Of a DNA stretch of 64,000 bases, positions 35,091-49,128 are shown in pieces. Origin of the DNA: Pseudovirgaria hyperparasitica. Its lineage: Eukaryota. Position 1 is the stretch's first letter, and each line of letters starts with the position of its first letter. Where the stretch lies: assembly GCA_010093815.1 (NCBI GenBank), contig ML996582.1; one strand, given 5' to 3'. The notes beneath the pieces are model-generated. The model had not been told where the DNA came from. It saw only the letters and a program-made list of their open reading frames with translations, and ran no database searches. The position numbers and the translations under genes were made by a program.

Positions 35091-37981
35091 TCAACAGCCG
35101 CCAAACGTGCCCTCGCACGTGGGAGTGGCAGAGGGAGAGGCAGAGGCATCACTGAGCTGGACCTCGAAGCCCTCGAGGAGACTCCACGGGCCTTTGACGT
35201 CGAGCACCTGCGTTGTTTCGTTGTATGTGGACTCCCTGCCGTTTACGGTCCGCTGGGCAGTTTGGCCTGCAAAGACGACGCCTGCGACCTGCACGCCCGG
35301 GTTGTAGCCAAAGGAGCCAGTGACCTTGAGGGTAGAGCCGTCGAAAGTAAAGTCGATGTTTGATACGGCCGCTTGCGTCTCGCTCTCGCCGTCGTCGAGG
35401 TATAGCGAGCCTGACGCCTTGCCGTCTGCGCCGGGCGCGACGATGATGCGGAAGTCCTGGCGGCGCGTGGCAGTAGTGGTGTTCTGGCCGCGAAGACGCG
35501 AGCCGATGATGGTGCCACCGCGGATATGCACGGGGATCTCCGTATACGCAATGTCATTGAGCGTGATGGTCTGGCCAGTGCTTGTGAACTTCTTGTAAGT
35601 GAGGAATTCGTACCAGTTGCCAGCTGGGAAGTAGGCATCGACGGAGGTAGAATCCTGGTACAGCACAGGCGAGATGAGGATCGCGTCGCCGTAGAAGTAC
35701 TGGTGCTCGATGGCGAAAGTATTTGCGTCTTCGGGGTAGAGGAAGTACATTGGCAGAATGAAAGGCGTACCAGTCGTTGATTGGCGATGAAATTGACCGT
35801 ACATATAGTCGAGGAGACGATAGCGGATATCCATGGAGTATTTTGCGGCTTCCGTAACGGAGGGCCAGAGATAAAGTTCCTGGTGCGCGGCAGAGGTATC
35901 GGCGTGTGTGCGATAGAAGGGAGAGAAAGCACCCAGTGTGGTCCAACGTGCGCACATTTGCTCTGATGCATTGTCGTTGAAGCCGCAGATGTCGCTGCCG
36001 ACCATTGGGACTTGATAGATCGAGGCAAACTGGAGAAGGCCGGTAATAGAGAAGCGGTAATGTTCCCAGCGGGACGCGTTATCACCCAGCCAGTGACCGA
36101 CGTCTTTGCCCGTGCCAGCCCAGGTACTGCGGGATATGATCAAGGTTCGCTTTCCTGGTCGTCGAGACTCCATAGCCGATTTGGTGCGTTGAGACATCAT
36201 TCTGCCGTAGAGGTTATGCATGTCGTACTCCTTTTGTCCACTTGCATGCGTGATGTCAAGGTCGATTGAGTAGTTGTTGACCTCGCCATTATCATTTCGA
36301 ATTTTGTATGCTGGAAAGGTGAGGTTTCTTCCTTCAAGGCCCAGCATGTCTCCGTCGGCCCTCCTTTGCATGCTTGTGCCATGCGCAACACCTCTGGGTA
36401 CGTTGTACGTGGGCAAAGATAGCCACTCACTACGCCTTTCTGCTTGAGCGGTGTCATTTGGCTGGAAATCTGGACCAAATCCTGGAATAGGTCGAGGGGA
36501 GCTGTACCTTACTGGTGGATCTTCAGGCGGTACCTTGTTGTCGATTGCGAACTGGTAAGGATTCGTGCACGGATACGGGCAGAACAAGGCAGCCTCGTTC
36601 ATATCGATCCAGATGCCATCAATGTCGAAACCGGTATCGGGGTTATAGAACTGTTCGATCTGACCAGTCCAATATGTCTGTGCGTTGGGATGAGTCCAAT
36701 CCGGAAACACTGCGGCTCCGGGCCACACCACATTCGTGAATGGGCCTGATCCATTGGCATACATCATGAGCACATTTTGGTCAACAGCGGCATCGTATGC
36801 AGGCGAACCGACCCCAATTGCAGGATTGTTCATGAAGATAGACTTCTGTTCGTATTGATGAAGATGGTCAATGACCTGTCTGAAGAGATCCTTTGGATAT
36901 CTCAAGGGATCAGTCGTGAAGATTCTGCGGCGATCCATGTAGTTAATATCACTCCAGAAAGCCTCAAGAGGTATGCCAGCAGTGGAGTAATTGGCAATAA
37001 CTTCCGCTACTTCGTAAAGATCTCTGTATCCATACTTGCAGTTGTGAAATCCAAACGCCCAGTACGGTGGTAGTTGAGGCATACCGACGATCTCGGCGTA
37101 CTGCTCGGCAACATTTATAGGTGTTGGACCGGCCATGAAGTATAGGTCCACGATGCCGCCGATCGTGCTATACTCAATGTACTGGCCTTTCTCTGCTGTT
37201 TTATCAATAGTAATATCCATGCCATCCGAGTTGAGGAAGAAGACGCCATGGGTTCCCTGACTGCCACGGTGTTCGAAGTATACAGGATGAGAGCCATACA
37301 GATTCCGTCCAGGAGGGACGAACGGTGTATCTTTGTCCCAAAGTGTACGATTGTACTGCGTAGTATTTAGACGAAAAGGATCCGTGGATTCTCCCAGACC
37401 GTATAGATTTGCATTATCCACAAGGCTGGATCGGAATTGCAAGAATTGTGACTGGAAAACCAATGTCGAGCCAGAAGTATTGAACAGAGCTTGTCCTGTG
37501 TCACCTTTGCGAGTGACGACGAAGGAGAAGGGGTTCTCTGTGTAGGAAAAGTCCAATTTTGCATCAGTGCTTGGGAATGTTCCGCCTGGGCGTTCCAGAA
37601 CCCCCTGTGGGACCTGATACACGTTCTTTGCAGCATCGAATATCTGGACGTGTAGACGATTTTCTGCAATCGTCAGCTAGGTTTACATCCGATTAGTTCG
37701 GTAGGCTTACCAGACTCCCAATTGACCTGGAGCTTCAAGGCTTCGATGTCGTAACCATATGTATTGCACGCATCTCCAGCAAGGAAAAGATCTGCTGTCA
37801 CCGAATCAGAGGTCTTGCTGACGTTTGTTATCCTGTAGCCGGGACATTGATCAAGTTCTAGAGTGCTCTGCTGAATCGATATTCGCGCAGGTGAAGGACC
37901 TGGTCCTATATCAGGACCATATCCTAAGATTGGAGTAGCATGGTACAAGCAAGCCAGGAGGAGGGCGTTGAGCAGGGCCAT
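35091..37981 (-). CDS. agdC: Secreted GH31 alpha-glucosidase (AgdC-like), 947 aa; exons 37981-37711 and 37663-35091
   Basis: Signal peptide, CPGY...LTADL.LAG..CNTYG. A 47-nt intron (37710-37664) gives WES|ENRLHVQI. Also NLYGSHPVY, nucleophile motif WIDMNE, acid/base HWLGDN, GSDICGF and GAFSPFYR. Confidence 0.93.
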
Positions 37982-39823
37982 TGTGGGTATTCGGCGAGAA
38001 AGGACCAACTCTAGGGAAGATAAATCACGGCGCAGATTGGAAGTTTATATCTCCTTCTCTCCGCAGTGACGAGTCCGACACCAGCCCTGAGCCAGCCCTG
38101 GACCATCTGATCAGATATGTGACCCACACAGAAGCCAGCCAATCACAGGGCATGGAGGGAGAGAAACATGCTGTACGTTGCATAGTTCTACTCCGTTAAG
38201 TTGCGTTGTGTGCGGACAAACCCATCCAGGACAGAATCTTAGCAAATTATAATTTCCCATGGGTGCCAACCCGGCGGATAGAGGGAGAGGGCAGAGGCGT
38301 CTCGTGGTTCGCAACATCACCGTCATGGTTGGTGATTGGGGTTCTTGTGGACACAAGGTACGAGTTGAGCGCAAGACACTGCGGTGATGCGATCACATCT
38401 GCGCCGCATTGGCTTCGCAAAGAGTCACATTGCGACTACAGCTGTTCCAGTGTCGAAAGATTGAGCGTTAGTGTGAGAAGTGAACTTTGTAGTGAATACA
38501 TGGGGGAAAACCTGGGGGAGATGCTCGGTCGGGTAAGGGTGGTGGTGGGGAATGAATGGATGGCTAACAACCTTGACCTAGCAAGGCGCCAAACCGCGAA
38601 ACACCGGGATCCAGTTGGCCGCCACTCCCGCCCCTGTTTACTGCCACCTTGGCTGCATCGCCGTTGAGTCGCGCGACATACTTGACTCACGCGTGCTTGC
38701 AACAACGACATCGACCTGCTTTCTTCGACCTCGCTTCCCTGTCCATCTTCCTGTTCATCATCAGTACCTGCGTCTTGCGCAAGGGCTCCCGAGATTTCAG
38801 CATGGGAGTAACATCGTGTCGCCGCATCATCTCCGCTCCGGCCGGTATTGATTGATGCACAGACTGAGGAACGACCAAACGAGACGCGCCTGGAAAGCGT
38901 TGCACAGAGCGTTGCAACCACGCTGTTCAGCGTTTGACTGTGTTGCCTTCACGACACGTGTCTCCGGCCCTTCTCTGTGATGAGGTCGCCGGCCTCGAGA
39001 TGGAGTACGGCTGGGGAGGTAATTAGAGGCATGCTCATCGTGCAGAGTTGACCCCGTGGCACAGCGAAATGTGACCTCACGACAAGGTCGATCGTCAGCA
39101 GAGCGATGCCAACCTGGACCGGCCCTCGAAGCTGACCAGGCGCGGCGCCAATCCTGGAAATGTATGTCAAGCTGCGCTATATTGACGAAAGTCCATCTCG
39201 TGATGTTGCATCCGTCGGTACCGCTAGGGTTGTTACTGGATCTACATCTGTGTTGCACGGCAGACTGGCGGTGCTCTCGTCTTAATGCAAGCTAACACTA
39301 CTGCCACTGCATTAGCTATTATGTTTCCTAGTGAATGAAACCGGAACAAGTCATCTCTGTAGTGATGGAGTTGATTTTTGCTCAGCTGCCGTCGTTGTAT
39401 GCTTGTCCAGATGGTTTTGACCGATACTACAACACGAGACTGGTGTCCGAATGAACGCGTCTTCAGCTTTTGTCAAATGGCACCAGCCGTGGCATTCGAG
39501 TTGTCTGCGACTATCTCGATTAGTCAATTATTGCTTGCGTTGGCGGCGACTGTGCAAACAGTGTTGGGTGAAAGAAGTGGCAGTTGCAACAACAATGGAC
39601 TCACGGTTTCGGGAAGCCACATGGAAGCGTGGAAGCAGTTGGAAACAATGCTCGATACCTTGTTCACTTCTGGCTTTTCATGTCCGACCGCAAGACTTTC
39701 TCAGCGCCTCTCTCTAGTCACATTCCAAGTCATCAATCCACACACCATCCATCGTTCTTAAATGCACGGTACTACAAATCTTTGCTTCGCTCTAAGCTAC
39801 TTGAAAGAAGCATCAGATTCAGA

Positions 39824-41482
39824 ATGACGAAGCTGAACTACTCAAATGTGAGCTACAGATTGTCTACATTACGGTACCAGGGCTAAGATTAATCTTGCAG
39901 AGAAAATCCACCGGCGACAAGTTGGGCCACATTGTCGCAAAGGACATTGTAAGCAGCCCATCATTGTTAGGCCATAGTATTCCTGCTAAGAAGCCCATGA
40001 CAGAGAAAACTGCTTCCCTCCTCCATAAACAAAAGTGGTTCCCATCGAAAGAAAAGCGCTCTCGAGATCATCATACCTGGAAAGGATCTCACTGATACTG
40101 GACTGAAGGAAGTGGCGCTAGCCTTGCAAGATGTATTGGAAGAAGTGGCCGGAGGGCCTGCGGCCAGTCTCGAAGAACTCATCATATCTGACAATGTGCT
40201 GACGACAAGATCTCTGTCGTATCTTGCTCCTGTGATTGAACTCGCTGCATTCCATCTTCGAGACATAGATCTATCGAACAACAAAATCTCCGTAACTGAT
40301 GACCAGAGCGCTGCAGAATGGGAATTATTTCTCTCATCGTTCCGCAACTGTTCGGCACTGAGACGACTGGATATGTCTCGTAACGACCTGTCCGGCCCGC
40401 TCGCATTCGAGCTGTTCAGCAAAGTTTATGGCTGCCAGAGCCCGGTGAACCCTGCAGACTTGCCTTCCGACGAAGGTCTAAGGTACGACCATGAATCTTC
40501 ACTCGAGTCGAGATCAAGTGCGCTTAGTATTGCAGAGCCTGTGAATGATGACAGCCGCGAGAGCTTGTTGGCAAAAGCAACAATGTTCAAGAGAAGGCAA
40601 GGACTTCGTGCAGTTCCGTACATTATTGTCAACCAAACAAATATGACCGATTCTGGTGCCCTCTTCCTCTCTTATGTTCTGACAGAGCACTACTATCCAC
40701 TTCATCTGGACATCCAAGGTAAACCTGGACCCTTCGAATCTCAGTTGGAGGAGTATGGCGAAAACAAGTCATGTTCAGGGCTGATGTATCTACCAAATGA
40801 CTCGCTGTCATCTTCTGGTGAAAGAATACTCTGTCTCGCGGAGGACATTCGACGACAAACGCTTCATAGTGAGGCAGATTCCCTCATACCCGAGGAAACA
40901 TCTTCGTTCCTACGACGAACATCGGGTCAACCTAAATCCTTTCGACGATCCTCAGATCAGGGGCAATTTGGTGAATTGAGGGGCTCTACCGCTGCTGATC
41001 TCGAAAGTATGAGAAGAAAGCTCCAGAGGACTGAGATCGAGCAGAATGGAGTTCACGGAGTACAGCTTTGGAAAGCAGCGATTAGGCTCTTGGTACTTGC
41101 CCGAAAGTTCTGTGGTCAATCAAGGAGCAGGTCAAGACTAACAACGAGACCGGGGGCGACGCGCATTGCAGGGAATAGATTGACGGCATTTGGCGCCCGT
41201 CTCACACGCCCTGTTCGGGATCGATGGGAGTATTACCCTCAGGTGAAGACTTTAGAATCATGCCCATTTGGGTTACCAGATGATCTATGGGAACCCATAG
41301 TAGCAGACGGGGCAGGCGCGTCAGGCAAACTTAGCCAGCACCAAATCAAAACAGTGATGCGGTGGGCAGGTGATAAAAACAATCTAAAATCGGAGGGTCA
41401 GATGCTGGGGAAAGATGTCAGCACGCAGATATGGACCGTTCTGCACGATATGGGGTGTCTCGTGTATTCTCAAGTCGTGTGA
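39824..41482 (+). CDS. RNI-like leucine-rich-repeat protein, 516 aa; exons 39824-39847, 39901-39948, 40004-41482
   Basis: Two phase-0 introns (GTGAGC..CAG, GTAAGC..CAG) give MTKLNYSN|RKSTGDKLG...DI|RKLLP...GKDLTDTGL in frame with the ORF. LRRs: LEELIISDNVL, LRDIDLSNNKI, LRRLDMSRNDL. Confidence 0.82.
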
Positions 41483-42105
41483 GTGTGTTAGACATGCATG
41501 GGTGCGGGGCTTCGAGCTGTGCACCAGCACTTATGCTCCAACTGGCTTTAGCTAGCAGCTTGGTACTTCCATGATAACGGTCCACATCGGTATCATTGTA
41601 CCGGTCGTGGTTAGAATAGCTGGACGCCTTGCATTCTCAGACAAGGATATGTCCGGACTTGCGGCGGCGGTTTGCAAGGACCGCGCTGGACTTTCATGCA
41701 CACCTATGGATATGATAAGACGTATTGCCAAGTTTTTAAACCTATATGCTCGATCTGTGCAATATTCATCATGCCGTAAGCTGCAAAGGGATGGAGTCTA
41801 GGTAGAGATTTCTGTTGTGACCAGGAGCCGTGGTTGATATAAGCAAGCACATATAATTAGCGCCACAGGCGTCAATCATGGATGTAGCAGAACGCCAGCC
41901 AGCTTGCAGCCCTACAGCCCCGCCATGAAGCCTCTGGCGCACAGTCTGACGACATCATCCTTCGCTATCGCTTTTTTCTATGCTCACTTGGCTCCTCTAC
42001 TGTTCGCACGATAGAAATTTCATAAACTGTTTTGCTACTATAGAGTGTTCTGCACATTCGTCGTCTTCATTGTCGCCCTTGGGTACCGCTTGTTTACCCC
42101 TCACG

Positions 42106-42840
42106 ATGCCCCTCCGCATAGGCGGTGCCAGCAAAACCACAACCAAAACGGATCCCCCCGAGAACGTCCCTGAACCCGAAACCTTCAACGACGGCCTTCC
42201 ACTCCCCAAGATCCTCATCTTCGACCTTGACTACACATTATGGCCGTTCTGGGTAGACACACACGTCACGCCGCCACTCAAGGGCCAGGAAGGCGGTCTG
42301 TCAGTCAAGGACCGGTATGGCGAAGGGTTCGGGTTCTACAGTGAAGTCGGAGGGATCCTAGACGCTGTACGTTTTCCTCAGAGGAACACAAGTCTGCAAG
42401 AATTGGGAGGATCACCATACTGACGATGCGCCGCCGCAATCCAGGCTCGTGCAAAGAACATCAAAATCGCCGCTGCGTCGCGCACCTCCTCGCCCGAACT
42501 TGCGCGCGAAATGCTCAGACTACTGCGCATTCCACGCGCTGCCGCCGCCGCTGCCGCTGCCGCAGACGGCTCCTCCTCATCTTCCTCCTCCGAACACGCG
42601 GGCAAATTCTTCGACTACAAGGAAATATACCCGGGGGACAAGAAGACGCACATGGCGCAGATCAAGAAGAACAGCGGGCTCGAGTACGCGGATATGCTGT
42701 TCTTCGACGACGAGAGCAGGAATAAGAATGTGGAGCAGTTGGGTGTGGTGATGAGGCTGGTGCGGGATGGTGTGACGCGGGCGGAGATTGATGAGGGTGT
42801 GAGGATGTGGAGGAGGAAGAATCACAGGATGGGCTCGTGA
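42106..42840 (+). CDS. MDP1: Magnesium-dependent phosphatase 1 (HAD family), 218 aa; exons 42106-42366 and 42445-42840
   Basis: Motif I FDLDYTLWPFWVDTH; a 78-nt intron (GTACGT..CTGAC..CAG) gives AAASRT (motif II); IYPGDKKTH; MLFFDDESRN (motif IV). Confidence 0.92.
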
Positions 42841-43169
42841 GGATGGGAGTGGCGGTTTGGGATCAGGTCAGGTTGGGACCGGAAGGTCGGGTCGAAGGGA
42901 AATGATGAAATGGCTGAGGATCTGAACCGGGTCCTAGAGGTTGGAAGGCTGGATGTATCGACTCTGCGGTGCTTGGGAGTAGGGCCGATAGACTCTCTTG
43001 CAAAGATCCATGTACGTATACCAGGAAACACCACACTGCATCAAAATAAGGCGTCTAAATAATTCCTTAACATCGCGTACATAGAATGAGCTCATATTTC
43101 ATATCAGAGCCCGAGGCAGTAGTGATAAGACCGTCGCATATAAATCGAGGCTACCACATGCAGAGTAAA

Positions 43170-46100
43170 GCCAGGGATATCCAAGGCTATATATTAACTA
43201 CATGCTATGCCTAGTAAGTAGTATCTAGATAAGCGAAGACTATAATTATGTTAGATCCTCTTGTAGTCAAATCGATCGCGTTCCGAATGTCATTGGCGGG
43301 CACGGTTGCGAGCGCATGGCATATACTGCGCTAGGGACTGTTTGGGATTAGTGTCTCGCGTCCGCCGACAGGAACCATCAAGGTCGTCGCGTCGCGTTAC
43401 TGTTACTCTTGCGTCGAGTATGTCTTCGCGATCACTTGTGTTCAAGGCTTCAGTGTGTCATTATGGTGATAGTCATGTCGTGGGTCATATACCATCCATT
43501 TTCTCTCCTCGCGTGCACGACTAGAATGAGCGAGCGAACGAACGAACCGGCATTTCGAGGTAGCAGAGACGAGATACACTGCTGATACGTGCATAGCGGG
43601 TCTGTGAGAGCATAGATAGAAGGAGGACGATTTCGATGGACTATGTTGCTCCTATATCTGAATGAAGTGGCATTCTGAGCGCGAAAACGTTAAATTGTGC
43701 CGTTATGAAGGTATGGGAGTGATGCGATGACCGACGTGCAAATCCTAGAGATAAAGCCAACGCATGGATTCAGTCATATCTGATCATGGGTTTCTCGCAT
43801 ACTTTCTTATGCGGTACGCTATTCGATAGCAAAAAGCCACAGCGAGCACAAGGACCAGGAGACGTGTGGTTGATAAAGTCATATGGAGGGAATATCGACT
43901 AGGTGAAAGCTTCTAAGCCCATCAAGCCAGAGTAGCAATAGATATTACTCGAGCCGCGGCAAAGCAGACATTACCGTAGCCAAGGACGAGTGCGATTATC
44001 AAATAGAAACTGTGATGGGTGCTCAACAATGAGCTAGATTTAAGCCACGCGGCAGAGGCGGCGGCATACATCAAAAGCCCATGGACACCTTGGCATAGAT
44101 CTGTCTAACCCACTGCAACTCCGCTCATAGCCATCTGTAGAATATTAAGTGAACACAAGTGGTAGAGCTGAGCCCGATGTTGCAATCCTACAATCTCAAG
44201 ACGATTAGACGCCGTATGATAGCCATCTGTAAGGACCTTCTTTAAACGAGACTAACCCAGGCCTTCTCACTCGCTGAGGTTGCGTGATAGTTTCGGGGTG
44301 TAGCTGACCTGGTAAAGATCCATGGATACACTGGAAGCAACCTTGAAGCAGTGGAAACTTCGGAAATTGGCATCGGGACAGGTCTTGGCTTCCAAAGATG
44401 CTACATGAAGCTAGGCCAGTATTGGAGCTGTACAAGCCGAGTATGTGGCAGGAACAACCTCTCGAATGGCAGGAACTACTCTTGTTAAGGAAGGCATGTA
44501 GTGTGACATTGTTTTAGCTTGTCATCTGCAGAGAACTCGAGCGTCTTTGATACATCAGCTTACACTACGATTTCTACAACAAAGTGGGGAGGTTGGCTGC
44601 TGCAGTACCAGCTGGCAATGCACAGCTGATTTCCAGAGAACCAGATCTCAATATCGCTCGCGCCGCACAGCATCGTCATGACCCTGCAACCGACGAGCCG
44701 TTCCTCCACTCGTCCCGAAGATACTGACTCAGCTGCATTGACATCATGCGCATTCCTGTTCTACGTCGCTTTGGCCGATGAGGCCTGTTCGCTATAGCGA
44801 CAAGACAGTGGGCAGTTGATCGGCGACAGAGTAAGAGCTTCCAGCTTCTTTAGGTAGGTCTCCAATTGATCGTCCTGTTATCTCTCAAGTGACTCACGCT
44901 AACAGTCGGACTTCTATCAGGATAGCCAAGGGCTACAGTCTGAGTTTATTATAGTACTGGGCCTCGCGTCGTGCGTCTAGGTCAAGAAGTCATATCGGAA
45001 CATGGCTGATCACTTCAATATTGACGATAGCTGCTTAAGCCATCAGCCACATCCACGCATGGACAGGGCAGCCTTCCAATTTCGGCAAGAATATATTAAC
45101 GCTGGTGTCGTGTATCAGAACAAAGCAAGACATGAGGCTCCCGCGCTTGGCTCAGGTTGATAAGCATGCCGTGATGATCCCGTCTGCAGGGCCACGGCTA
45201 CACGAGCCGTGAACTTGCCTGGAACAAGAAAGCAAGAGTCGTGCGAGCAGCCGCATTGCGAGTAGTGCAATACTTTGGTCGGTCGGCGGCAGCGTGGCGG
45301 AGACGAGGCGTCGATGATAGCTGAAGACATGATTCGAGAACGTCGCCGAGAGACGTGTAGTGGGCATGCCAAGCATCGCGACAGCAGGCGGACAAGTGAC
45401 GATGCATCTGGGAGACAGGATCTCGGAGTGTGCTACGAGCGCATGAGGAAGTTCCTTATCGACATAGGCGCCCGATAGCCAAGAGCGATTGCATTACGCA
45501 CGAAGGAGATGGATGGACCAGGCCGTAGGGCACGCGACGGCGTTGTGTGTGTTGTGAGTAATACAGCAAATGCATCTACCTATGGATCAAACAGCAGGCT
45601 GTGAAGTGCGCCAAAGATAATTAAAACTACGCATATCACACGCGCCAAACAGCCAAAAAACCAGTAGCAGGACGCCCAGGGCGCGGTATCGCAATTGGCG
45701 GTTGGGACAAGCAACCAGCTAATATGCTTGGCATCGTACTTGGACCAACCAGGGAGGAGGCATAAGCCCGTCGGCCAATCAAAGCAGGGAAAAGGCCTGT
45801 AATTATGCGTCGATCGCATCAGATCCACGCCGAGATGGACGAATGGGCCATCAAACAATCCATAACGCCGCACTCTGCCTCGCGATAAGACTCCGCATTC
45901 CAAACAAAAAACAAGTCGAGTAACAGAGAGGCAATCACATCGTCACAGTCAGCGCCCTTACCGACACGCCTGCAAAGACTCGACTATGGCATGCCCTTCG
46001 AGCCCCCTTTACCCCTTGTCGACCGTCTCTAAAGCCTTCTGCAATAAGCCGTTCATCATTGGTGCTTCGATCCGCTGCCTGGCTTTAACATTTGCGCCAC

Positions 46101-46183
46101 GTCTGCTTGACGCTTGTACTGGCACCTTGTGACTTGTGGGGGATCTTCTGAGCTTCTCACACCTTTCTAGCCTGTCTCTTGGC
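43170..46183. promoter_or_regulatory. Cluster of PacC/Rim101 consensus sites (GCCARG, either strand) upstream of the subtilisin gene
   Basis: Sites counted by eye at 43170, 43979, 44089, 44384, 44925, 45146, 45368, 45478, 45727, 46078 and 46178. Confidence 0.5.
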
Positions 46184-46520
46184 GGTGCCCTCTCCTACCT
46201 CTTTCGGCCATACCACGCATGATATACACTGCACCCACTATCTAGCCGACCTTGTATTTCCATGCCAAAACAATCACTGGTCATCACTCATGCTGCGATG
46301 GTATTGCACCATTTCTTCGGCTTTCCATTGTCCGTCCGGGCTCCTGTCCGTTGTGCCGCCTCCCTTGATCGGCACTCACCTGCCATACACACACTGTGCC
46401 AACATGGCCTGAGGTCGTGATAGAAGTACAAATAGTCCTGCATGACGGCTCATCTTCCATTCTCCATCCTCTCCAGTACAGGTCTGTGGCCTTTAACCTC
46501 TTCTCGAATCCACTCGATAA

Positions 46521-47750
<1,230 letters not shown>

Positions 47751-48177
47751 ATGCTGAATGAATGAAGAATTGCATGTTTTTTAACGAAGGGACGTTGTTT
47801 ATGACCGGAAGCAAATGAGAAAATTGGGGGCATGGGAGCGTGGCGTGGGTTTTTATAGAATCTGGAAGTTATTGAATATGAACATATGAAATGTCTTTGT
47901 GGCCTCTCGCTATCTGCTTTGAATGTCCATGATGAGATGTTTTGGTGGTCGTGTTGCTGCCTTTTACCCCTGAGTATGATGGCGGCCGTATGTGTGCTTG
48001 TTTGCCCTGTATTGTCCTCCTCCTCCTCGCTGATTTCCTGCATACTTCATCTCTTCTCATCTGCATATATCGTCAAATTATGCATATACATACTTATACA
48101 CACATATCTATAGATATGCGCAATGGACAAACCTCAAGTAAGTACAAGTCCACGACGTTGTATAAAAAAGCAGAAAA

Positions 48178-48202
48178 CCCCCCCCCCCCCCACCCCCCCC
48201 CC
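48178..48202. repeat. Poly-C tract (C14-A-C10) between the convergent protease and TRA1 genes
   Basis: Read directly; flanked by A/T homopolymers. Confidence 0.9.
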
Positions 48203-49128
48203 GGCTGAAACCTTGACATTAACCATTTTTTAAAAAAAAAGAAAGGAGGAGAAAAGGGGAAAATGCAAGAAGGGGGAAAAGAATAGATGAGAGTGGTCTG
48301 TTTGGGGATATTGGATATTCGATGTAATGAATCATAATATCTGTCTTCTTCATCTGTATACGTATACATACTTGTTAGGTGGTATCCTTTTTATCTTCTG
48401 TTTTTTTATATATATAGTGGTGGGATATTACTACCCGGATAGTCTGATGGCATTCGTGCATGGGTAGGTAGTTAGTTAGGTAGTTGCTTACTTACTACTG
48501 GTGGATTTGCATGTACCTCGTCGTCGGCGTGGGTAGAAAGAAGTGGAGATGGTACAGGGAGTAGGCAAAAGGGACGATACCAGGGAATGTACGATGGACG
48601 GACGACTGGACGCACGTACGAGTCTTGACGACGGCACGCAAGTATATATATAATATGCATATATGTATATGTACGCTATGACAACAAGACAGAAGAGTTC
48701 AGAAAACGTGGATATGACGAAAATCCCGCTTACAAAATGCCCCCACGATTTTTTTGAGCACAGGAAAGAAACCTAAAAAAAGGTGGGGAAGAAAAAGGTG
48801 AGCAAAAAAAAAAAGATACAAGTACAAGATCCCGCAATATCCTTCCTTCCTTCCTTCATTACGCTTTGGGGGGTATAGGGAGGTAACAAGAGCCCCCATT
48901 TAGCACACTGCCTACAGAACGCCTTGTTACAAAGATGATTGAAATCCGGGGGGAATCAAGAAGAAAAAGGCGAATGAGATGAGGAAAGACAATCTTTTGG
49001 GTTCCCAATGGGGTCTCATCCACTCAGCCAATCCGCACACCCACCCAACCACCCTACGCTCCATAACTCCGGTAAACATATAGAGACCTCTTACTACCAT
49101 CATCGTCTCTTCCGTGATGCTTGCTCCC

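Noticed and set aside
38206..39761. Overlapping 130-160 aa ORFs between the GH31 and LRR genes
   Set aside because: Mostly non-ATG starts, no motifs or codon bias; better explained as a divergent promoter region.
46404..46412. Minimal uORF ATG-GCC-TGA in strong context upstream of the protease
   Set aside because: Probably upstream of the CT-rich initiation region (~46450-46480); cannot be supported without TSS data.
47959..47967. GCCTTTTAC matching U5 snRNA loop I
   Set aside because: No flanking stem or Sm site; lies in the protease 3' region.
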